Positions 59,795 through 64,000 of a stretch of 64,000 bases of DNA are shown one piece after another. The stretch is from the NCBI GenBank assembly GCA_016840405.1, contig JAEOSK010000009.1:1-64000 (forward strand), given 5' to 3'. Position 1 is the stretch's first letter. Each line of letters begins with the position of its first letter. The notes under the pieces were generated by a model. The model was not told the DNA's origin. It saw only the letters and a program-made list of their open reading frames with translations, and did no database searches. This stretch comes from Candidatus Hermodarchaeum yapensis (GTDB taxonomy: Archaea; Asgardarchaeota; Hermodarchaeia; Hermodarchaeales; Hermodarchaeaceae). Made by a program: the position numbers and the translations under genes.

Positions 59795-59904
59795 AGATAG
59801 CAACTCCTTGCTCGCATAAAGCAAAAAGGCATGTATGCGATATTAAGTGCGAGCAGCAACCGTTAAAGGTATCCAAAAACTTTTCGAACTACAGAGGCGT
59901 TCCG

Positions 59905-60600
59905 ATGAAACTCGTAATAAAAATTGGTGGTTCCCTTCTATTTGATGAGGATGAACAGTTCGATATTGCCCGATATCAGGGATTTGCCAACGCAATTCAA
60001 CAAATTAAGGAACTTGGGCATAACATCGTATTGGTAATCGGAGGAGGCGTTCTTGCGAAATCCTTGGTGAAAAATGGAAAATTATTAGGTGCAAACCGTG
60101 ACATACTGGACCAGCTGGGTATCGCAGCAACTTGGGTTTGTGCCCAACTGATGATTACAGCATTGCGAGATGTAGCCTATCCAACTCCAATAATGAGTGA
60201 AGAACAACTAGCTAACCTTCAAAATGATGAACGTCTTCTTATTCTCGGTGGTCTTCGTCCTGGTCAATCGACCAATGCTGTCGCTGCCCAAGTTGCTGAA
60301 TTAACGAATTCAAAAATTCTGCTTAACGTCACTGATGTCGAAGGCGTCTATGACAGCGATCCTAAAGAGTTCACTCAAGCAAAGCTTCTGTCAGAAATCA
60401 CCATTGATCAATTACGAAAAATTATCGCCCCCCTAGAAAGCCAACCTGGAACTTACCCTCTCTTTGATAAACCCGCCCTAGATATAATCCAACGGGCCCA
60501 AATCGAAGTCTGGTTTGTCAATGGAACAACCCCCGAAAACATTGTCCAAGCCTTAGAAAAGGGAAAAATTGGTACTAGAATCGTGCCATCAGAGGTTTAG
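59905..60600 (+). CDS. pyrH: UMP kinase
   Basis: VIKIGGS, GGG, PGQSTNAVA, DVEGVYDSDP. Confidence 0.92.
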   Translation: MKLVIKIGGSLLFDEDEQFDIARYQGFANAIQQIKELGHNIVLVIGGGVLAKSLVKNGKLLGANRDILDQLGIAATWVCAQLMITALRDVAYPTPIMSEEQLANLQNDERLLILGGLRPGQSTNAVAAQVAELTNSKILLNVTDVEGVYDSDPKEFTQAKLLSEITIDQLRKIIAPLESQPGTYPLFDKPALDIIQRAQIEVWFVNGTTPENIVQALEKGKIGTRIVPSEV

Positions 60601-60677
60601 ACTATGTTGATGGCTTTCGCGGCAAACCTTTTTTGTAAGAGCTTCCCATTATTGACATTAGGTTCATTTCCAGAGCG

Positions 60678-60983
60678 GTGAGTTGGCTACATCCAATGGG
60701 TCGATTAAAAGAGTTGTTCGGTGACACTCCACAGATTCGGCTTCTCGAAGTGCTCATTCAACAGAAGGATACAACGATGCATCTTTCCATGCTTGCCCGA
60801 CGCGCGAAGGTTTCAGTATCATCCGTTGAAAGGTGTCTTCTTCCTCTGATAAAAGCGGGAATTGTTTCGGATATTCGATTTTTTCGACGTAGACGAATCC
60901 TCCATTTAAACCCAAAACATCCTGTCGCACAATTACTTGTTAGCTTTGCTCAAGAAATTGATAATGACTGGGGTTCTAAGTAA
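60678..60983 (+). CDS. Winged HTH protein
   Basis: 'LFGDTPQIRLL...LARRAKVSVSSV'. Confidence 0.7.
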   Translation: MSWLHPMGRLKELFGDTPQIRLLEVLIQQKDTTMHLSMLARRAKVSVSSVERCLLPLIKAGIVSDIRFFRRRRILHLNPKHPVAQLLVSFAQEIDNDWGSK

Positions 60984-60998
60984 GGGAATTTAATCTGT

Positions 60999-62138
60999 TT
61001 ACATATTTGCCTGTTTCTTGATTTGGGTGAGCAGTTTCTTCGGGTGATAGATTTCAGCCCACCGTTTCTTCTTTCCTATCTCAATATGCACAAGGGTTTC
61101 TGATATCCGGAAGGCCCGGTTCACATACCCTAAGGCTACGCCTTTTCGGAGAAGCGGAGAAATGGATCCACTTGTGACTTCTCCAATCACTTCACCTTTT
61201 GCGTAAATTGGGTTACCCGTTCTTGGTATTCCCTTCTCCAACATAATGAGCCCCACCCGAAGTCGTTGGGGTTTTTCCGCCTTCTCGGTAACCAGCGCCT
61301 CTTTACCTATGAATTTTTCTTTTTTCAAATGGACAATAAATCCAATCCGTGCTTGATATGGGCTAGTATTCTCGTTGATATCGTTTCCGTAAAGAGCCAT
61401 TCCCGCCTCAAGACGAAGAGTATCCCGTGCAGCTAAACCGACTGGGACGAGTCCTTCTCCCTTCCCGTGCTGAAGAATATCTTCCCACAATTGAACTGCC
61501 AACTTTTTTTTATCAAGATTTACATTGAGCTGAGCAATCTCAAATCCATCCTCTCCTGTATACCCACTACGGGTGGCGATGACATCAAATCCGTTTAGCT
61601 TCGTTTTCACCGAGTGAAAACGGGGGACTGAATTCAAATCACTTGATGTGAGTTTCTGTAAGATCTTTACCGCTGCAGGTCCCTGAAGAGCAAACATCGG
61701 AGTGCTATCAGAAATATTCGAAATCTTGACATTAAATTCCTTAGTGTGTTTTTTCATCCAACCAAAGTCTTTCTTTCGGTTCGCTCCATTGACTACCATA
61801 TAGTATTCATTATCTGCTAAGCGGAACAGAAAGAGGTCATCAACGATACCGCCATTTTTGGTGCAGAAAGCACTGTATGTTCCCCCACCGTTTTCCAAAC
61901 GGTGAATCCGTGTAGGTAAGAGGTTGTCAAGATATTGAGTGGCTTCAGAACCGGTGATCATCGCTCTACCCATGTGGGTTACATCAAAAATCCCCGCAGC
62001 TTTCCGAGTAGTAATATGCTCTGTAGTGATGGCTTGGTACCATAAGGGCATATGAAACCCTGCGAATGACACCATTTTAGCTCCATGATCCTCATGCCAA
62101 TCGTGTAAATGTGTTGTAAGTAATTTTGATTTAGTCAA
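60999..62138 (-). CDS. gcvT: Glycine cleavage system T protein
   Basis: FDVTHMG, RSGYTGEDGFE, ARDTLRLEAG. Confidence 0.95.
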   Translation of the reverse strand: MTKSKLLTTHLHDWHEDHGAKMVSFAGFHMPLWYQAITTEHITTRKAAGIFDVTHMGRAMITGSEATQYLDNLLPTRIHRLENGGGTYSAFCTKNGGIVDDLFLFRLADNEYYMVVNGANRKKDFGWMKKHTKEFNVKISNISDSTPMFALQGPAAVKILQKLTSSDLNSVPRFHSVKTKLNGFDVIATRSGYTGEDGFEIAQLNVNLDKKKLAVQLWEDILQHGKGEGLVPVGLAARDTLRLEAGMALYGNDINENTSPYQARIGFIVHLKKEKFIGKEALVTEKAEKPQRLRVGLIMLEKGIPRTGNPIYAKGEVIGEVTSGSISPLLRKGVALGYVNRAFRISETLVHIEIGKKKRWAEIYHPKKLLTQIKKQANM

Positions 62139-62207
62139 AGCAATAACCTCTGTGGAACGGTCGATTTCTTATTTGGGCAAGTGGCATTAAGTTTTCGGTG
62201 ACCACTA

Positions 62208-63041
62208 ATGAGTTCTTCTCAAGCACAGCTTGGTTCAGTAAGTGTAGGTGACAATCAGCCAGTAGCCATAATGGGAATTATCAATCTGGATCCCCACTCT
62301 TTCTATCAGAACTCCTACCATGCCTCTTCCAAGGAAGTTCTATCAGCCGTTGAGAGAATGGTAGATGAGAATGTTGATATGATTGACGTTGGTGGTGTAT
62401 CAACCGCACCTGGTTCTCCTATACCGCCAGTTGAGATAGAAAAAAAGCGCGTAGTCAAGATTATTCAATCAATTGTAAAAAACTGGGACGTACCAGTATC
62501 AATCGATACATACCGGGCATCAGTTGCACAGGTTGCCCTAGTAAAAGGTGCAACTATTGTCAATGATGTATCTGGGTTGAAATTTGATCCCAATATGGCT
62601 AAAATCATCCAAGATTTTGGCGCAAGTTGCGTGCTAATGGCTACAAAAAACCGACCTGGTGACCGGACTACTAGTACTCAGGTAGTATCCGCATTGAGAA
62701 GGAGTCTCCATATTGCTCATACTGCAGAAATTCCCTCAAACTTTATTGTTGTAGATCCAGGTCTTGGATTTGGCAAACCGTTCCAAAATGACTTGGAACT
62801 TATTCGGAACTTAAGGAAAATCCGGATTCTGAAAAAACCAATTTTACTGGGCGTGTCTAGAAAAAGTTTCATCGGCAAGGTTTTGGGCTATCCTTCTCCC
62901 CAAGACCGTCTATTTGGGACACTTGCAGCTGTGACAATTGCCATACTGGAAGGTGCTCATGTTATTCGGGCTCATGATGTTCGCGCAACGAGTGACTGCG
63001 CAAAAATGGTCACTGCGTTTTCTAGTAACTTAAGAATGTGA
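62208..63041 (+). CDS. folP: Dihydropteroate synthase
   Basis: MGIIN..P.SF, SIDT, NDVSG, DPGLGFGK, SRKSF, RAHDV. Confidence 0.93.
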   Translation: MSSSQAQLGSVSVGDNQPVAIMGIINLDPHSFYQNSYHASSKEVLSAVERMVDENVDMIDVGGVSTAPGSPIPPVEIEKKRVVKIIQSIVKNWDVPVSIDTYRASVAQVALVKGATIVNDVSGLKFDPNMAKIIQDFGASCVLMATKNRPGDRTTSTQVVSALRRSLHIAHTAEIPSNFIVVDPGLGFGKPFQNDLELIRNLRKIRILKKPILLGVSRKSFIGKVLGYPSPQDRLFGTLAAVTIAILEGAHVIRAHDVRATSDCAKMVTAFSSNLRM

Positions 63042-63047
63042 AGAAAA

Positions 63048-63827
63048 ATGGAGCTAATAGGTATTAGGACTCCAATTATCCAGCCTGGAGATGACTTAAT
63101 TGAACATCTGGTTTCTGCCATTACTGAACAAGGGCTAACAGTAGAATCTCAGGACATCATCGTTGTGGCTGAAACGGTTGTTGCAACAGCGCAAAACCGG
63201 CTTCGTAAATTGTCGACGGTTTCGGTTTCCCCTCAAGCTCAGGAATTAGCTGAGCGTTATGAAATGGATGTGCATTTGGTTCAAATCATCTTGGAAGAGG
63301 CGGATGAAATACTCGGGGGTGTACCTCATGTACTCCTGACCATTAAGGATAACACCTTGATGGCCAATGCTGGAATAGATCGGTCGAATGCACCATCAGG
63401 TCATGTGGTACTTCTCCCATCCAAAACTACAGAGACCGCTTGGCAAATTAAAAACGAGTTAGAAAAGAAAACTGGTCATGAGCTGGGTATTGTGATTGCA
63501 GACAGTCGGACACAGCCCTTACGACTCGGTACCGTCGGGCTCGCGGTAGCTGTTGCCGGAATTGAACCAATCAAAGACTATCGTGGGCAATCAGACCTCT
63601 TTTCATATCCTCTTCGTATCACCCGATCTGCCATCGCAGATAATCTCGCTTCAGCAGCACAACTCATCATGGGAGAAGCTGATGAACAAATTCCAGCGGT
63701 CATAATTCGGGGAGCACCTGTTACTTTCACGAAAAGACGAGTTTCACCCAACGAGCTGACAATCTCTCGGCAAGAATGTTTGTATATGGCAATTTTTGAA
63801 CAATACAGAAATTCAGCTACGATATAA
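63048..63827 (+). CDS. cofE: CofE-like gamma-glutamyl ligase
   Basis: ANAGIDRSN, IADSR..PLR.G, AIADNLA, MGEADE. Confidence 0.85.
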   Translation: MELIGIRTPIIQPGDDLIEHLVSAITEQGLTVESQDIIVVAETVVATAQNRLRKLSTVSVSPQAQELAERYEMDVHLVQIILEEADEILGGVPHVLLTIKDNTLMANAGIDRSNAPSGHVVLLPSKTTETAWQIKNELEKKTGHELGIVIADSRTQPLRLGTVGLAVAVAGIEPIKDYRGQSDLFSYPLRITRSAIADNLASAAQLIMGEADEQIPAVIIRGAPVTFTKRRVSPNELTISRQECLYMAIFEQYRNSATI

Positions 63828-63842
63828 TTTTTGTAAAAAGGC

Positions 63843-63926
63843 GGAGAGCGGCTCAGTACTCAAGATCCCTGTCATTCCTATAGAGTTCTATAGGTCGTAA
63901 GGGTCAGGTCTTCACAGCCATTCTCC
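63843..63926 (-). ncRNA. Box C/D guide sRNA
   Basis: Terminal stem GGAGAATGGC/GCCGCTCTCC; C box GTGAAGA, D' ACGA, C' ATGACA, D CTGA; D guide is antisense to ACTCAAGATCCC. Confidence 0.8.
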
Positions 63927-63976
63927 AGCTAAAATCAGGTTTTCTTGCCTTTTATGCCTTGAGCATCAAAAAAGAA

Positions 63977-64000
63977 TGGTGCGGCTTCCGGGAATTTCGG
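63977..64000 (-). tRNA. 3' end of a tRNA (Gly-like acceptor), truncated by the window edge
   Basis: Minus strand ...TCCCGG AAGCCGC A CCA followed by a T-rich tract. Confidence 0.65.

Overview
Archaeal chromosomal window, most likely from an Asgard archaeon (inferred from an OSTC/DC2-like protein, a Roadblock/DENN-like/small-GTPase module, eS25, FtsZ and an EF-2 lacking the diphthamide His). It spans a replication origin (four ORB boxes next to cdc6/orc1 and PolD DP1) and also carries RFC (with an intein), a second Cdc6, RadB, XPD, a Tad/type IV pilus cluster, cdrS-ftsZ, fumarate hydratase plus TfrAB, translation genes, five complete tRNAs and one partial tRNA, and a C/D sRNA. The strongest signals are not in the ORF track: (1) a 31-nt bulge-helix-bulge intron in the EF-2 mRNA whose removal restores RGITIKS exactly; (2) two unannotated homologous 12-aa peptide genes (MSYPRIRPLPGN, MQWPPIRPYPDP), each beside one of two paralogous multi-domain regulators, a candidate peptide/receptor system; (3) a SegB-like protein paired with a non-ParA AAA+ ATPase, with 9-bp-phased ATTGAA repeats around oriC; (4) a -1 frameshift signal that would fuse MoxR to a vWA protein; (5) two ORF-less IS200/IS605-type mini-elements that keep a promoter and an omega-RNA scaffold. 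Family assignments come from motif recognition only; no searches were run.
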